Part shown: positions 53,387 through 64,000 of the stretch, piece by piece
How the letters are laid out: every line of letters begins with the position of its first letter
Position numbering within the stretch: the stretch's first letter is position 1
Origin: Nitrospirota bacterium
Lineage (GTDB): Bacteria > Nitrospirota > JACRHJ01
Length of the DNA: 64,000 nt
NCBI GenBank assembly: GCA_963845245.1
Contig: CAWJRJ010000020.1
Span: 64,001-128,000 of the forward strand
Direction: 5' to 3'
Notes under the pieces: model-generated
What the model was told of the DNA's origin: nothing
The model's database searches: none
Seen by the model: only the letters and a program-made list of their open reading frames with translations
Position numbers and translations under genes: made by a program

Positions 53387-54431
53387 CTATTCTCCTCCAG
53401 GATGTTCTTTGTTCTTTTTCATGTTCTTCCGCACGTCTGGTCAGCTCACCTACCTGCTTCTTGATATCCGGGAGCCTGTGCAGCGTGGCCTGAAGCCTGA
53501 GCCATTCCTTGTGGGGTATTGCCGGTATTCCAGAATACGGTTTACCGGAATCGAGGTCGTTTGATACGCCGGACTTGGCGCCAACCATTACCCCGTCACC
53601 TATTTTGATATGGCCGACTGTACCTACCTGGCCCGCCAGCACAACATGATGGCCAAGCTCTGTGCTACCGGAGATTCCTACCTGGCCGCATAATATGGAG
53701 TCCTCGCCAACCACTACGTTGTGAGCGATCATCACGAGGTTGTCGATCTTGGAACCGCGTTTGACGACAGTATTGCCGAGAGCGCCCCTGTCTATTGTAG
53801 TGTTAGCACCGACCTCTACATCGTCTTCTATTATCACCCCGCCTATCTGGGGTATTTTGTGATGTTTTCCGCCGTCGGTAGCGTAACCGAAACCGTCGGC
53901 GCCGACAACCGCGCCAGCATGGATTATCACGCGCTCGCCGATCTTTACACCTTCGCGCACGGTGACATTAGGGTAGAGGATGGAACCTTTACCTACGATG
54001 GAGCCCTCTCCGATATATACTCCAGGAAACAGCGTCACACCTTCTGATATATCGGCGCCGTCGGCCACGTAAACGCCTGGGTATATGGTTACACCAAGCC
54101 CTACTGTAGCGCCGGAGCTGATATTTGCACCTTGCATGATGCCGGTTGGCCTGTTTATCACCGGCGCAAAGGCAGAGACTATTTTAGAGAACGCAAGGTA
54201 TGGATTTTTGGCCCTGATTGCTGGCTTGCCTTCGACCTGCGTATCCGGGGATACGATAACGGCTGAGGCTTTTGTGGCCTTGAGTTCCTTTAGGTATTTA
54301 GGGTTAGCCAGGAACGTGATATGGCCTGGCGCTGCTTCTTTAATGCCCGCGACACCGGTTATAACTATAGTGCCGTCACCATCCAGGGTGCCGCCGGTAA
54401 GCTCGGCCAGGTCTTTTAAAGTCTTCTCCAT
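53379..54431 (-). CDS. lpxD: UDP-3-O-acylglucosamine N-acyltransferase
   Basis: NPYLAF, hexapeptide repeats, GADGFG, IDRGA, KIDNLV.IAHN; the extreme C-terminus may carry an indel. Confidence 0.94.
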   Translation of the reverse strand: MEKTLKDLAELTGGTLDGDGTIVITGVAGIKEAAPGHITFLANPKYLKELKATKASAVIVSPDTQVEGKPAIRAKNPYLAFSKIVSAFAPVINRPTGIMQGANISSGATVGLGVTIYPGVYVADGADISEGVTLFPGVYIGEGSIVGKGSILYPNVTVREGVKIGERVIIHAGAVVGADGFGYATDGGKHHKIPQIGGVIIEDDVEVGANTTIDRGALGNTVVKRGSKIDNLVMIAHNVVVGEDSILCGQVGISGSTELGHHVVLAGQVGTVGHIKIGDGVMVGAKSGVSNDLDSGKPYSGIPAIPHKEWLRLQATLHRLPDIKKQVGELTRRAEEHEKEQRTSWRRIDA

Positions 54432-54436
54432 CGCTC

Positions 54437-54958
54437 CTACTTCTTCACTGCGTCGTATGCCTTTATAATTTTGTCCGTCACATCTACTGCTTCCGGAGCA
54501 TAAAGTACGACAGAGCGCTCGAGTATAAGGGTGTAACCCTCCTCTTTTCCGAACTTATTGAGAATCCCGTTCACCTCTTCGTACATACTTTTGGCTATCT
54601 CGGCCTTTTTCTTGTTCAGCTCTTCCTCTGAGTCGGCTTTAAACCTCTGCAGGTCCTTGTACTCCTTCTGGAGCTTGTCTTCCTTCTGCTTTCTCACATC
54701 GGCGGAAAGTACGGCTGACTGCTTATCCAACTCCTGCATCATCTTCTCAAGCTCGTTCTGCCTCTGGTCTAGCTGGGTCTGTTTGTCTTTGAACATCTTA
54801 TCTATCGTCTTTATAGCATTTTTACCAGCCATTGACTCTTGCTGTATTTTGGAAAAATCGACATAGCCTATTTTTATCTCTGCGGCACTGGATATCGAGC
54901 ACATTCCAAAGGCAAGTAACGAGACAACCGAAAGAACCAACGCTATCCTTCTCATCAT
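54437..54958 (-). CDS. skp: Periplasmic chaperone Skp/OmpH
   Basis: Signal peptide, KIGYVD, coiled coil, DVTD; bamA-skp-lpxD synteny. Confidence 0.9.
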   Translation of the reverse strand: MMRRIALVLSVVSLLAFGMCSISSAAEIKIGYVDFSKIQQESMAGKNAIKTIDKMFKDKQTQLDQRQNELEKMMQELDKQSAVLSADVRKQKEDKLQKEYKDLQRFKADSEEELNKKKAEIAKSMYEEVNGILNKFGKEEGYTLILERSVVLYAPEAVDVTDKIIKAYDAVKK

Positions 54959-54973
54959 ATTCCCTCCGTCTTA

Positions 54974-57290
54974 TTAAAACATTGAACCCATTGAAAATTC
55001 CAATTTGCCGGGCTTATCACCGGGCTTTCTGTTAAGCACATAGCCGTATTCAAGCCTGATCAACCCCATTGGGGACATCCACCGGAACCCGGCGCCCGTG
55101 CTGTAACTGAGGTTGCTGACTCCGAGGCTCTCGCCAAAGTCGAACGCCCTGCCCGCGTCGACGAATGCAACTCCCTTCAGCTTCAGCGCCGGTACCACAG
55201 GGAAGTTATACTCGGCGTTGAATATGACCTCTTTGTTACCGCCTATGGGCTGTCCCTCTTCTCTTCTGACAGTAGTGCCGGTTATCGGGTCTGTCTTTGA
55301 TATAATAGCCTTGGGGCCGATAGACCCGAAGTTAAAGCCGCGAACGGTCGATATGCCGCCGACCAGGAACCTCTCGGCAAGCGGTAGGTCTCTTCCTGAG
55401 AGCCCGCTCGCATAACCAACCCTGCCGTGGAGCGAAAATGCGGTTTCCCAGTAGAACGGGAAGAACCAGGTTGTGTCGGCGATAGCCTTGTAAAAGCGGT
55501 TTTGCCCACCTAGTCCCGCATACTCGCCGTATATAGAGTTGCTGCTCCCGTGTCTGGTATCAAGGTAGTTGTCCCTGGTGTCCCGGGACAGGCTCGTGGT
55601 TACCTTGCTTGTGGAATGAAGGTTCAGCGTATCTGGCAAACTCAGTCTGGAACGTCGGGATTACCTCTGAGTAGGTATCGTCCGTATAGGCATAGCCGCC
55701 AGAGATGCTGTAATACTCCCAGAAACGGCGTCCCAAGGTTATTGCGCCACCCAATGTCCTCTTGGTGTACCCGTTGTAGGCGCGCATATCTTTAAAGAGG
55801 TCCAGCCTGAGCGATACTGGCCTGTCAAGCAGCCACGGCTCAGTGAAGCTTAAATTGAAATTCTGGCTTCGTTTGCCGAACTGACCCTTAAATTTCACCT
55901 GTTCCCCAAGGCCCATAAAGTTGTTCTGCGTAACCTCTCCAATGGCCATAAGCCTGTCGACGGTGCTGTATCCGCCGCCTATGCTGAACGAGCCGGTGGA
56001 CTTTTCCTTGACCTTCACGTTCAGGTCGACGGTATCTTTCTGGTCCCTTCTGGCCGGGACAATCTCCATGTCCTCGAAGAAGTCCAGGTTCTTCAGGCGG
56101 TCGTAGCTCTTTTTCAGGCTTGATGTATCGTAGATATCGCCCTCGTTGAACTTGAGCTCCCTCCTGATTACCTTGTCCCGGGTTTTTACGTTCCCTGATA
56201 TGTTGATGCGGTTGACAAATATCTGGTCGCCTTCATTGACGTCAAGGTTTACGTCCACCAGCTTTTTCTCCGGGTCCGGGTTGATTACCGGGGAGATGGA
56301 TGCGAAGGCGTAACCCTTTGTGCCGTAAAGGTCGGTAAGCGTGACCACGTCCTGTTTAAGTTTGTCGCGGTTCATTATGTCGCCCGGCTTGCTCGTGACA
56401 TTTTTAAGAAGCTCATCTTTAGTGAATACCTTGTTGCCTGATACGTCGATGTTCCTGTATCTGAACTGGTCACCTTCGGTTATAGGTATGGTTATCTCAA
56501 GCTTCTTCTTGTCCTTGCTCGGAACTATCTTGGGCTCACCGACAGTGACCTGTATGTAGCCGTTGTTGTAATAAAGCGCTTTTATCCGTTCGATGTCCTG
56601 GCTGAACTCGTCAACCTTGTAGGTGCCGGTCTTCATCAGGTACGACCAGATCGGGAAGTATGACTTGGTCTCCATGACCTTCTTGATCTTCCTGTCGCTA
56701 AATACCTTGTTACCGACAAAGTTGATCTTGGAGATGGTTACCTTTGAACCCTCGTCAATCTGGAATATGACCTTTACGTCCTTGGCCGACTCCTTGATTA
56801 TTGGTAAAACCGTGGCGTTATAGTATCCTTCGCTCTGGTAGAACATCTTTATCTTTTCGACATTTTCCGCAACGAGTGAGGGGTTATACACTGAATACGG
56901 TGAGAGGTTTACTTTTTCCCTGATTTTTGAAGTCTCAATGTTCTTGTTTCCCTCGAAAGAGAAAGACGTGATTATAGGCCGCTCAACCACGTTAAATATA
57001 AGCCGTATCCCCCCGGCTGCGCCTTCGGCTTCCACGCGCACGTCGTCAAAAAAACCCATCTTGTAAATGGCGGCTATATCGTTCCTGACCCCGGATGGCG
57101 AGAAGACATCTCCGGGCTTGGTGCTTATCTTCGACCGGATAGTCTCCGATTCGACCTTTTTGTTTCCGGCAATCTGGACTTCTGTAACCTTTACCGGACC
57201 CTCTTCCTCAGCAATGGCCGGGGTGGAGGTTAAAAGGAAAAACAGCGAAATGAAAGCCCACAAAAAACTTGTCGTTCTATTCTTGAACAC
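54974..57290 (-). CDS. bamA: Outer membrane protein assembly factor BamA; frameshift at ~55630
   Basis: POTRA repeats (GN..., TRDKVIRRE), barrel with VRGF, SP.G..R..YG, terminal Phe. Confidence 0.94.
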
Positions 57291-57323
57291 TCGGCCTCCT
57301 TAAATTCCCAGCAAAAGTGCTAT

Positions 57324-57353
57324 AATATAACATTCCGCATTTGAAGTTGTAAA
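57324..57353 (-). promoter_or_regulatory. Putative sigma70 promoter of the bamA-lpx operon
   Basis: TTTACA-N18-TATATT with TG upstream of the -10 box. Confidence 0.4.
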
Positions 57354-57364
57354 CAAAAAAATAT

Positions 57365-58488
57365 TCAGAAGAATTCGGCAGTAACCGGATTTGAGGCAAG
57401 CACTCCCTTCAAAGTCAGCCGCAGGTTCTTATCAGTGAATTCCAGAAAGCCGCCTTTGATCAGTTTCCTGATTTTGTCCCGGTATGATTCCATAAAATCA
57501 TGTCCGAAACGTTCCATGAACTCCTCCACGCTGAAACCCGCAGCCTTCCTAAGCCCCAGCATTATGTATTCTTTTTCAGCTTCTGCTGCTGATATAGTCT
57601 CTCTGGATGCTACGGCACTTTTGCCCTGCATGACCGCCGTGGAATATTCCTCTATATCCCGAATATTTGACAGCCTGGCTCTCTGGAATGTTTGACCAGG
57701 CGCCGGCGCCAAACCCCAGGTAGTAACCACATGTCCAATAATTAAGGTTATGCGTGCATTCGTAACCGGGCGAGCGCGAAATTAGATATCTCGTATCTTC
57801 TAAATCCTGATTTTTCAAGTGATTCCACGGCTTTCAGGTACATTTCAACCTGAAGCATCTCGGGCGGAGGGATAAGCTTTCCAGCCTTGGTCTCAGAATA
57901 AAACAGGGTGCCCTCATCAATCGACAGGTCGTAAGCAGAGATATGCTGGACTCCAAGCTGGGTTGCTTCATCCAGGGAGACTGTCAAATCGTCAAGGCCT
58001 TGACCGGGCAAAGATATTATAAGGTCGATGCTTAAGTTGTCGAAACCGGCGTCTTTTAGCTTGCTTATGGAACTATATACATCTTCTCGCGAATGCGCCC
58101 TGCCCATCATGCGGAGTTCTTTCGGATTGAAAGATTGGACTCCCAGGCTTACACGGTTGATTCCGGCATCTCTAATCTTGGCCAGGTTTATTTTATCGAT
58201 CGTCCCGGGGTTTGCCTCAAGAGTGGCTTCGGTTTCAGGCGGTAAATGGAACTTTTTTTTGATGATACGTAAAAGGGACAATATATCATCTTCTGGCAGG
58301 ACGGTGGGAGTACCACCTCCGACATATAGGCTCGAAGGCTCTATGTCATGTTCGCAGGTCTCGATTTCCCTGTACAGGGCTTTCAGGTAGTTTCTGGCCT
58401 TTGAGCTATCGAATGGAATGGAATTAAACGAGCAGTAGTGGCATCTGCTGATGCAGAACGGGATGTGAACATATATTCCGGCTTTCAT
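57365..58488 (-). CDS. hemW: Radical SAM heme chaperone HemW (HemN-like); frameshift at ~57770
   Basis: YVHIPFC...CHYC, GGGTP, EANP, YEISNF; HNLNYW..YLGFG.GA and MLGLR in later frames. Confidence 0.88.
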
Positions 58489-58946
58489 CAGTCCAGCGGA
58501 AGGGTCAGGGCGGCCTCATTGCATTCATCAGGGTACTTCACGCATTTATTTCGGCACTCCGTCCACACTTTTTGAGGAAGGTCGTCGTGCCTTGCCAGGG
58601 TGAAGCCCATCTTCTCGAAAAAACCCTGAACATAAGTCAGCACGAATACTTCCTTCACGCCGAGTATGCGCGCATCGGCAAGGCAGGCCGAGACGAGTTC
58701 CTTTCCTATGCCGCGCCCAAGAAAATTTGGAGACACGGCAACGGACCGCAACTCCGCGAGCCCTTCCCAGCCGACGTGTAAGGCGGCTACTCCGATAATA
58801 TTACCGTCCTTTTCGTATACGAAGAAATCCCGTAGGCAGTCATAGAGCTCGCCGAGGGCTCGCGGTAGCATTTCGCCTCTTTCGGCGTAAGCATTTATAA
58901 GCTCTTTAATCGTCTTGACGTCTTGTATTGAAGCCTTTCGTATCAT
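58488..58946 (-). CDS. GNAT acetyltransferase, short ArgA-like
   Basis: MLPR, LAELRSVAV, G.GIG, F.LT...FF..GF, LPQKVW.EC..C.K...C.E.A. Confidence 0.8.
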   Translation of the reverse strand: MIRKASIQDVKTIKELINAYAERGEMLPRALGELYDCLRDFFVYEKDGNIIGVAALHVGWEGLAELRSVAVSPNFLGRGIGKELVSACLADARILGVKEVFVLTYVQGFFEKMGFTLARHDDLPQKVWTECRNKCVKYPDECNEAALTLPLD

Positions 58947-59490
58947 CTACTTTACCAGAGACCAGCCTTTCTCGAGCGCAGCCATGTTGACCGGGATAAG
59001 CCCCCTGTTCCTGGCTGAGACGGTCTCATCCAGCGCCTTCCCGACACATTCCAGGCCCACGGCTCCCGATATACCAAGGTATGCCCCGAGCATGACCATG
59101 TTAACGGCCCTGACGTTGCCAAGCTCCGCCGCAATGTCGTTGGCGGGCAACTTGTATATCTTTACGCCGGGTACCTTTATATCTTTTTTAACCAGGGATG
59201 AATTAAGGATGATGAACCCGCCCTTAGTGACACGTTCCGAAAACTTAAGCGCGGATGCTTCGTTCATCGCAACGAGGGCGCTGGGCCTGTCCACGACCGG
59301 TGAGCCTATCTCCTGGCCGGATATTATCACGGTGCAGTTCGCGGTCCCTCCGCGCATCTCGGCACCGTAGGAAGGGAACCATGTCACGCTCCGGCCATCC
59401 ACCATGCCCGCCCAGGCCAGGAGCTTTCCTGCTAGCAGTACACCCTGGCCGCCGAAACCCGCAAATAATAACGTCGTAATTGCCTCTCAT
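58947..59490 (-). CDS. 2-oxoacid:ferredoxin oxidoreductase gamma subunit; frameshift at ~59470
   Basis: AGFGGQG, PSYGAEMRGG, NMVMLGA; ATG 59490 overlaps the beta-subunit stop. Confidence 0.88.
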
Positions 59491-60242
59491 GCAGGTATGG
59501 CCGCCTTCCCCTTGTCCTTGAATACTCCGACAGGGAATACCTGCTTCATCGTGTTTTGAACCCACTCGATGGACTTCAGCGGGTCAAGGCCCCAGTTTGT
59601 AGGGCATAGCGAGAGTACTTCCACAAAAGTAAAGCCCTTGTCTGCCATCTGGTACTGGAATGCTTTTTTTATGGCCTTTTTGGTCTTAAGGACATCCTTG
59701 GCGCAGTCCATCGATGTGCGTTCTATATAATACGGAGTCTCAAGGGTGGCCAGCATCTCCGCGACCCTCAGCGGGTGCCCCTCCCCTTTGACCATGCGCC
59801 CTTTCGGGGTAGTTGTTGTGCGTTGGCCGACCAGGGTCGTAGGAGCAAGCTGTCCGCCTGTCATCCCGTATGTGGCGTTGTTAACGAAGATTACAGTGAA
59901 GTTCTCGCCCCTGTTCGCGGCGTGTATGATCTCGGCCATGCCTATGGCGGCAAGGTCGCCGTCTCCCTGGTAGCTGAATATGAGCCGGTCCGGCAACACC
60001 CTTTTCATGCCTGTGCAGGCCGCTGGCGGCCTTCCGTGTGCAACCTCCAGGACGTCGAAATTGAAGTAGTCGTATGCGAAAACCGCGCAGCCGACGGGTG
60101 CGATGCCGATGGTTTTCTCGCGCATGCCAAGCTCGTCTATAACCTGCGCTACCATCCTGTGAAGGGTCCCGTGGCTGCAGCCCGGGCAGAACCGAAACGG
60201 CGCTGATTTTAGGGACTCCGGTCTTTTGAATACCTGTTTCAT
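59487..60242 (-). CDS. 2-oxoacid:ferredoxin oxidoreductase beta (TPP-binding) subunit
   Basis: FCPGC.HG, PVGC, HGR, YQGDGD, NNA.YGMTGGQ..PTT, CPTNW. Confidence 0.92.
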   Translation of the reverse strand: MKQVFKRPESLKSAPFRFCPGCSHGTLHRMVAQVIDELGMREKTIGIAPVGCAVFAYDYFNFDVLEVAHGRPPAACTGMKRVLPDRLIFSYQGDGDLAAIGMAEIIHAANRGENFTVIFVNNATYGMTGGQLAPTTLVGQRTTTTPKGRMVKGEGHPLRVAEMLATLETPYYIERTSMDCAKDVLKTKKAIKKAFQYQMADKGFTFVEVLSLCPTNWGLDPLKSIEWVQNTMKQVFPVGVFKDKGKAAIPA

Positions 60243-60353
60243 TGGTAAGTTTGCCTCTTGGCTTCGGGAGAGAGTGTAGGTATTATTATATAATCGGGCG
60301 CAAATTAAACCGCTTCAGGCCCAGTCCCAGTTCTTATTTTTGTTAATTAATGC

Positions 60354-60383
60354 TTGACAAACCGCAGGCCTGTCTGGTAATTT
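60354..60383 (+). promoter_or_regulatory. Putative tRNA promoter
   Basis: TTGACA-N18-TAATTT with extended -10 TG, followed by a GC-rich discriminator. Confidence 0.6.
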
Positions 60384-60393
60384 AACCGCCGAT

Positions 60394-60469
60394 GCCGAGA
60401 TAGCTCAGCTGGTAGAGCAGAGGCCTGAAAAGTCTCGTGTCCGCAGTTCGATTCTGCGTCTCGGCACCA
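60394..60469 (+). tRNA. tRNA-Phe (GAA)
   Basis: 76 nt, GCCGAGA/TCTCGGC acceptor stem, D-loop AGCTGGTAG, anticodon loop CTGAAAA, GTTCGATTC T-loop, encoded CCA. Confidence 0.97.
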
Positions 60470-60518
60470 TTCTTTCTTTCCAGCACATCCCGCTATATTC
60501 AATACCACTATTCCTTGC

Positions 60519-61910
60519 TTAATTTTTGCAATCCGTGCAGGCGTGTTCTTTATCGGCTTTCTCCGCCTGCATCTTTCCCCACACCGCATCGGCCATCTGG
60601 CAGTATTCCACTGAATAACGGTCCAGGTCATCTGCAAGGTCGGTTATTATCCTCTCAGCACCCGGGTGGGTAGCACGCGCGCCCGAAGCCAGCACCGCCT
60701 CCCTCATGTAATCTGGTTTGTCGATTATCATGCAAGGGGTCAGCATGTTCTTGTTGCCCTTCTGGCGTTCGCGGATCCCCTTGAAGAATGGAGACATCAG
60801 GGCTTCCTTTATCGTGGTCTTCCTGATATTGTCTACAGCGAAATGGCAGAAAACGCACGGCTCTATGTCGCCGTTTGCGTTCACATGGAAGTATTTCCTG
60901 CCACCGGCCAGACAGCCGCCCACGATATGCCCGTCGTTCCAGAAATCCGCCATGAGTATCGGCTTCTCGTTCCTGAAGCGCCATACGGCCTCCCTGAGCT
61001 TGCCTCTCTGCTCGGGGGTGGGCATAAGGTCGATATTCGGCTCTCTGCCGATCGGTATGTACGAGAAGAACCACCCAACGGTGCAACCCTTTTCAACGAG
61101 CATGTCTATATATTTTTCAGAGGTTATCACGTCATGGTTGCGCCTGGTGGCGGTGCATGAGAAACCGAACAGCACGCCGGCCTCTTTCAGGAGGTCCATC
61201 GCCTTCATTACCTTCTGGTAATGGCCCTTGCCTCTGCGGGCGTCCGTTTCCTCTTCAAAACCTTCGATGCTGATGCACGGCAGCACGTTTCCAAGCTCAG
61301 CCACCCTTTTCACCATCTTCTCGTCAAGAAGGCCGCCGTGTGTGAACACCAGAAACGCTACGTCGCTGTGCTTTGCGTATATGTCCAGAAGGTCCTCGCG
61401 GAAGAATGGCTCACCACCCGAAACCACGCAGAAATGGATGCCCATCTCCTTCATCTGGGTAAGTACGCTGTCGACCTCGTCGAATGAAAGCTCGTCGGTC
61501 TTTTTATAGCTGCCGGCATAGCAGCCGAAGCAGCCCAGGTTGCAGCGCATGCTTGGGGATATAACGAACAGGCCCGGAGGATAGAAGCCGCCGCCCTCCT
61601 TCTGGAAGGCAGTACGTTTGTTGGACCCTAGGAGCAGCTGGTTAATTATAAAGGCGTTAACCAGCCTCTTCCTTACGTTTGGGTGCGTCTCCCGGATGAT
61701 CTTCTTGGCCACTACAAGGCTGGGATGGCCGTCGATGAAGAGCTGCCTTATATGCCTGATGGCGCGTATGTAATAGTCTTTTTTGGCGAGTTTCTCGGCG
61801 AGATACGTAAACCTGATCAGGTTTTCGTCTGAACTGTTGCCCAGCATGCCAAGCATGGTATCGACCACCTGGGTCATTGTGTAATTTCTAAACTGTTTGT
61901 AATAGTTCAT
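60519..61910 (-). CDS. Radical SAM/SPASM protein with helical N-terminal extension
   Basis: ISPSMRCNLGCFGC, SGGEPF, DFWNDG..GGCLAGGR.Y.HVNA.GD.EPCVF, PC.IID; GGAGG RBS. Confidence 0.88.
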   Translation of the reverse strand: MNYYKQFRNYTMTQVVDTMLGMLGNSSDENLIRFTYLAEKLAKKDYYIRAIRHIRQLFIDGHPSLVVAKKIIRETHPNVRKRLVNAFIINQLLLGSNKRTAFQKEGGGFYPPGLFVISPSMRCNLGCFGCYAGSYKKTDELSFDEVDSVLTQMKEMGIHFCVVSGGEPFFREDLLDIYAKHSDVAFLVFTHGGLLDEKMVKRVAELGNVLPCISIEGFEEETDARRGKGHYQKVMKAMDLLKEAGVLFGFSCTATRRNHDVITSEKYIDMLVEKGCTVGWFFSYIPIGREPNIDLMPTPEQRGKLREAVWRFRNEKPILMADFWNDGHIVGGCLAGGRKYFHVNANGDIEPCVFCHFAVDNIRKTTIKEALMSPFFKGIRERQKGNKNMLTPCMIIDKPDYMREAVLASGARATHPGAERIITDLADDLDRYSVEYCQMADAVWGKMQAEKADKEHACTDCKN

Positions 61911-61984
61911 TTAGCCTCCAGCTTCTTATCCGCCCTTAATAAGAATAATATAATGACAAACAGGGGGGTATTAAGTCAAGGAAT

Positions 61985-62884
61985 TTATTCCCAGAAGTGA
62001 TAGAAATTGAACCATTGGTCTGGATGGAGGCGGACGTAATGTTCAATAACTTCGGCGGTTTTTTCGACATTCGCCCTGAGGTCAGCTTCAAAATCACCTG
62101 TGGAAGAAAGCTCTATCGGCGCCTCGGCGACCGGATGATATCTTCCGTCGTCCCCCATGATTGTAAATGCAGGTATAAGCGGGGCCCCCGTCTTCATCGC
62201 AAGCATCGCCGGGCCTTTAGGGAAGCGGGCCTTCTTCCCGAAAAAATCCACTTCGATCCCGCTGTTGCCGGGATCCCTATCTCCCTGTATGGCCACCAGT
62301 TCGTTGCCCTTGAGCGCACGGCTAACTCCTATGGCAAAAGCTATAGGATTACCTGAGGATATAATGTTTATGCCTCTGATTTCCTTGTGTTTATCCAGAA
62401 TGCGGTTTTGTTCCTCGGACTCGTAGAGCTGTTGGACTATATTAATCTTGAACCCGAGATATCTAAGCAGTATACCACCGAGTTCCCAATGCCCCAGGTG
62501 AGCTGTCAATATAATAGCCCCGCGGCCTTTGGCATGCGCTTCACGGATATGCTCCAGCCCCTTGAATTCCGGAACTTTGGCCGATATCTGGACGTCGGAC
62601 ATCTTCTCGAATCTGAACATGTCGAGCAGAAACCTTCCGTGCCTGCGCCAGAGCTTCTTTACCATGAACCGCTTTTCGGTGGTGGTTTTGGAGTCGCCAA
62701 GAATCTGGTCGAGGTTTTTAATCTGTTCCTCTACTACCCCTCTGGACTTGTTCGCGAACAACCAGTCTGCTATTCTGTCTCCTATGAAATCGGTGGCTGG
62801 CTTGGGGATCCAGCCCACACCCCAGTTCATCCACCAGTATACGGAGTGCTTGTCCAGGTGGAAGGTATGCGTCCCTTTAGCCAT
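61985..62884 (-). CDS. LpxL-family (lysophospholipid) acyltransferase, second copy
   Basis: AHLGHWE, QGDR, FFG..A.FP.GP, PDQWFNFYHFW. Confidence 0.85.
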   Translation of the reverse strand: MAKGTHTFHLDKHSVYWWMNWGVGWIPKPATDFIGDRIADWLFANKSRGVVEEQIKNLDQILGDSKTTTEKRFMVKKLWRRHGRFLLDMFRFEKMSDVQISAKVPEFKGLEHIREAHAKGRGAIILTAHLGHWELGGILLRYLGFKINIVQQLYESEEQNRILDKHKEIRGINIISSGNPIAFAIGVSRALKGNELVAIQGDRDPGNSGIEVDFFGKKARFPKGPAMLAMKTGAPLIPAFTIMGDDGRYHPVAEAPIELSSTGDFEADLRANVEKTAEVIEHYVRLHPDQWFNFYHFWE

Positions 62885-63998
62885 TTAGAAGCCCCAACAC
62901 TTTAAGGCTTTCGATCATCGGTTTTTGAAAAGGAGCTGGCGTCTCCGACAGGAATGCGTCCCTTACCTCAGCCGGTGTAATATAAACGAGTCTTCGCTCG
63001 ACTGCGAGCTTCCCCGCTTTTTTTGAAACGGCCCTTCTGGCAATAGGCCTAAGCAGTTTCGGTACGGACTTTATAACGGTGTCAAGGCATCTGGTTGCAC
63101 TGTCGTCCCATACAACCTCCCTGCCCGATGCGGCAGGCGCACTGCCAGCCGCCCCTTTGGCTGGGTAATATATCCAGCCCGGGTGGGCGTTGAAGAACTC
63201 CTCAGCCAAGCCATAAAGCCCATCTCCGATCCCTTTCGAAATATAAAAAGACGGCAGGAGAAGGTCATCGTCAGGCCCGATCACGCCCTCGTCGACTGCG
63301 GTTCCGGCAAGCGGCGTTCCGGGATAGATCCGTATCCCCCCTACTGCAAAGACCTTGTCTGGTGCGGCCTCATCCAGGGCATCGAAAGTCTCCTGCAACG
63401 TATTCCTGTCTTCACCCGGGCCACCGAGTATCACAAAAACCATACTCATCATGCCAGCGTCCTTGCAGGTTTTTATTGCCTCCTTCACGTCCAGGGCGGA
63501 AAAAGACTTGTTCAGCTTCTTCAACATCCTGTCCGACAGAGAGTCGGCGCCTATCTCTATGCTCTGGCAACCGGCACTGGCCATCAACTCTACAAGCTCG
63601 CGGTCAAGCCCGATGGGGTTTGCAAGGCAGCCCCAGGAAATATTAAGGTCTCGCGCAATTATTTCTCGGCATACACTCTCGGCATGGTGCTTCGGGTTGT
63701 TGAAGACATTGTCCACGAAATAAAAGGGCGCTTCAACCCCTGAACCAACGATTCCAGCAAGCTCATCCGCCACCATGGTGGATGGGCGAAGCCGCATGCG
63801 CCTGCCCTCAAGGCCTGGGTACGTGCAGTAGATGCAGCCGAAGGAGCAGCCCCTTTTAGACTGCACACCCACCATGTCATAGCCTGAAGGAAAAAGCTCC
63901 CATGCCGGGCTATGGATGCAGGACATGTCGTCAATGGCGTTTGAGGCGTTATGCTTATAGTTGCCATCCCGCAGCGAGCAGACACCGGGTACCTCGAC
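62877..63998 (-). CDS. Probable cobalamin-dependent radical SAM protein with C-terminal PCP_red/DUF2621-like helical domain (5' end outside the window)
   Basis: QSKRGCSFGCIYCTYP.LEG, FVDNVFN, GGPGE, GIRIYPGT. The frame is open to the window edge (VPGVCSLRDG, like the end of a B12-binding domain), but the B12 domain itself is not visible. Confidence 0.78.
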   Translation of the reverse strand, partial: VEVPGVCSLRDGNYKHNASNAIDDMSCIHSPAWELFPSGYDMVGVQSKRGCSFGCIYCTYPGLEGRRMRLRPSTMVADELAGIVGSGVEAPFYFVDNVFNNPKHHAESVCREIIARDLNISWGCLANPIGLDRELVELMASAGCQSIEIGADSLSDRMLKKLNKSFSALDVKEAIKTCKDAGMMSMVFVILGGPGEDRNTLQETFDALDEAAPDKVFAVGGIRIYPGTPLAGTAVDEGVIGPDDDLLLPSFYISKGIGDGLYGLAEEFFNAHPGWIYYPAKGAAGSAPAASGREVVWDDSATRCLDTVIKSVPKLLRPIARRAVSKKAGKLAVERRLVYITPAEVRDAFLSETPAPFQKPMIESLKVLGLLNG

Positions 63999-64000
63999 AG

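Noticed and set aside
60394..60520. Genomic island integrated at tRNA-Phe
   Set aside because: No integrase and no duplicated tRNA 3' end seen within the window.

Overview
Chromosomal, non-mobile window from a Gram-negative, probably anaerobic or microaerophilic bacterium (futalosine menaquinone pathway, 2-oxoacid:ferredoxin oxidoreductase, multiheme cytochrome c; it looks Nitrospirota/Desulfobacterota-like, which is my inference). It appears to span the replication terminus: genes run on + up to ~8.6 kb, all protein genes after that run on -, and a near-canonical 28-bp dif site lies at 12190-12217. Left arm: pyrD, a UshA-like/tetraheme cytochrome c fusion, a DUF62 SAM hydrolase, a receiver protein, miaB, a PD40 protein, mtaB, a PP-loop thiotransferase, dodecin and a lipoprotein. 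The convergent gap holds a bidirectional terminator and a three-box DnaA cluster with an IHF-like site. Then come mqnC/mqnE/amidohydrolase, a DUF4388-GspG-like and TPR-Zn-finger pair, and plsY/pgsA. A ~41-kb envelope supercluster follows: Kdo genes, pyrG, hldA, an LPS-tailoring block (7 GT4, 2 sulfotransferases, 2 radical SAM/SPASM, a methyltransferase), waaQ/waaC/gmhB/waaF, lpxL/K, waaA, msbA, lpxB-gnnB-gnnA-lpxI-lpxA-fabZ-lpxD-skp-bamA. The right end has hemW, a GNAT, OFOR beta/gamma, tRNA-Phe and a candidate unusual-lipid locus (B12 radical SAM + acyltransferase + radical SAM). About 13 genes, many essential, carry single-base frameshifts that I read as long-read indel errors. All calls come from motif recognition by eye; no database searches were run.
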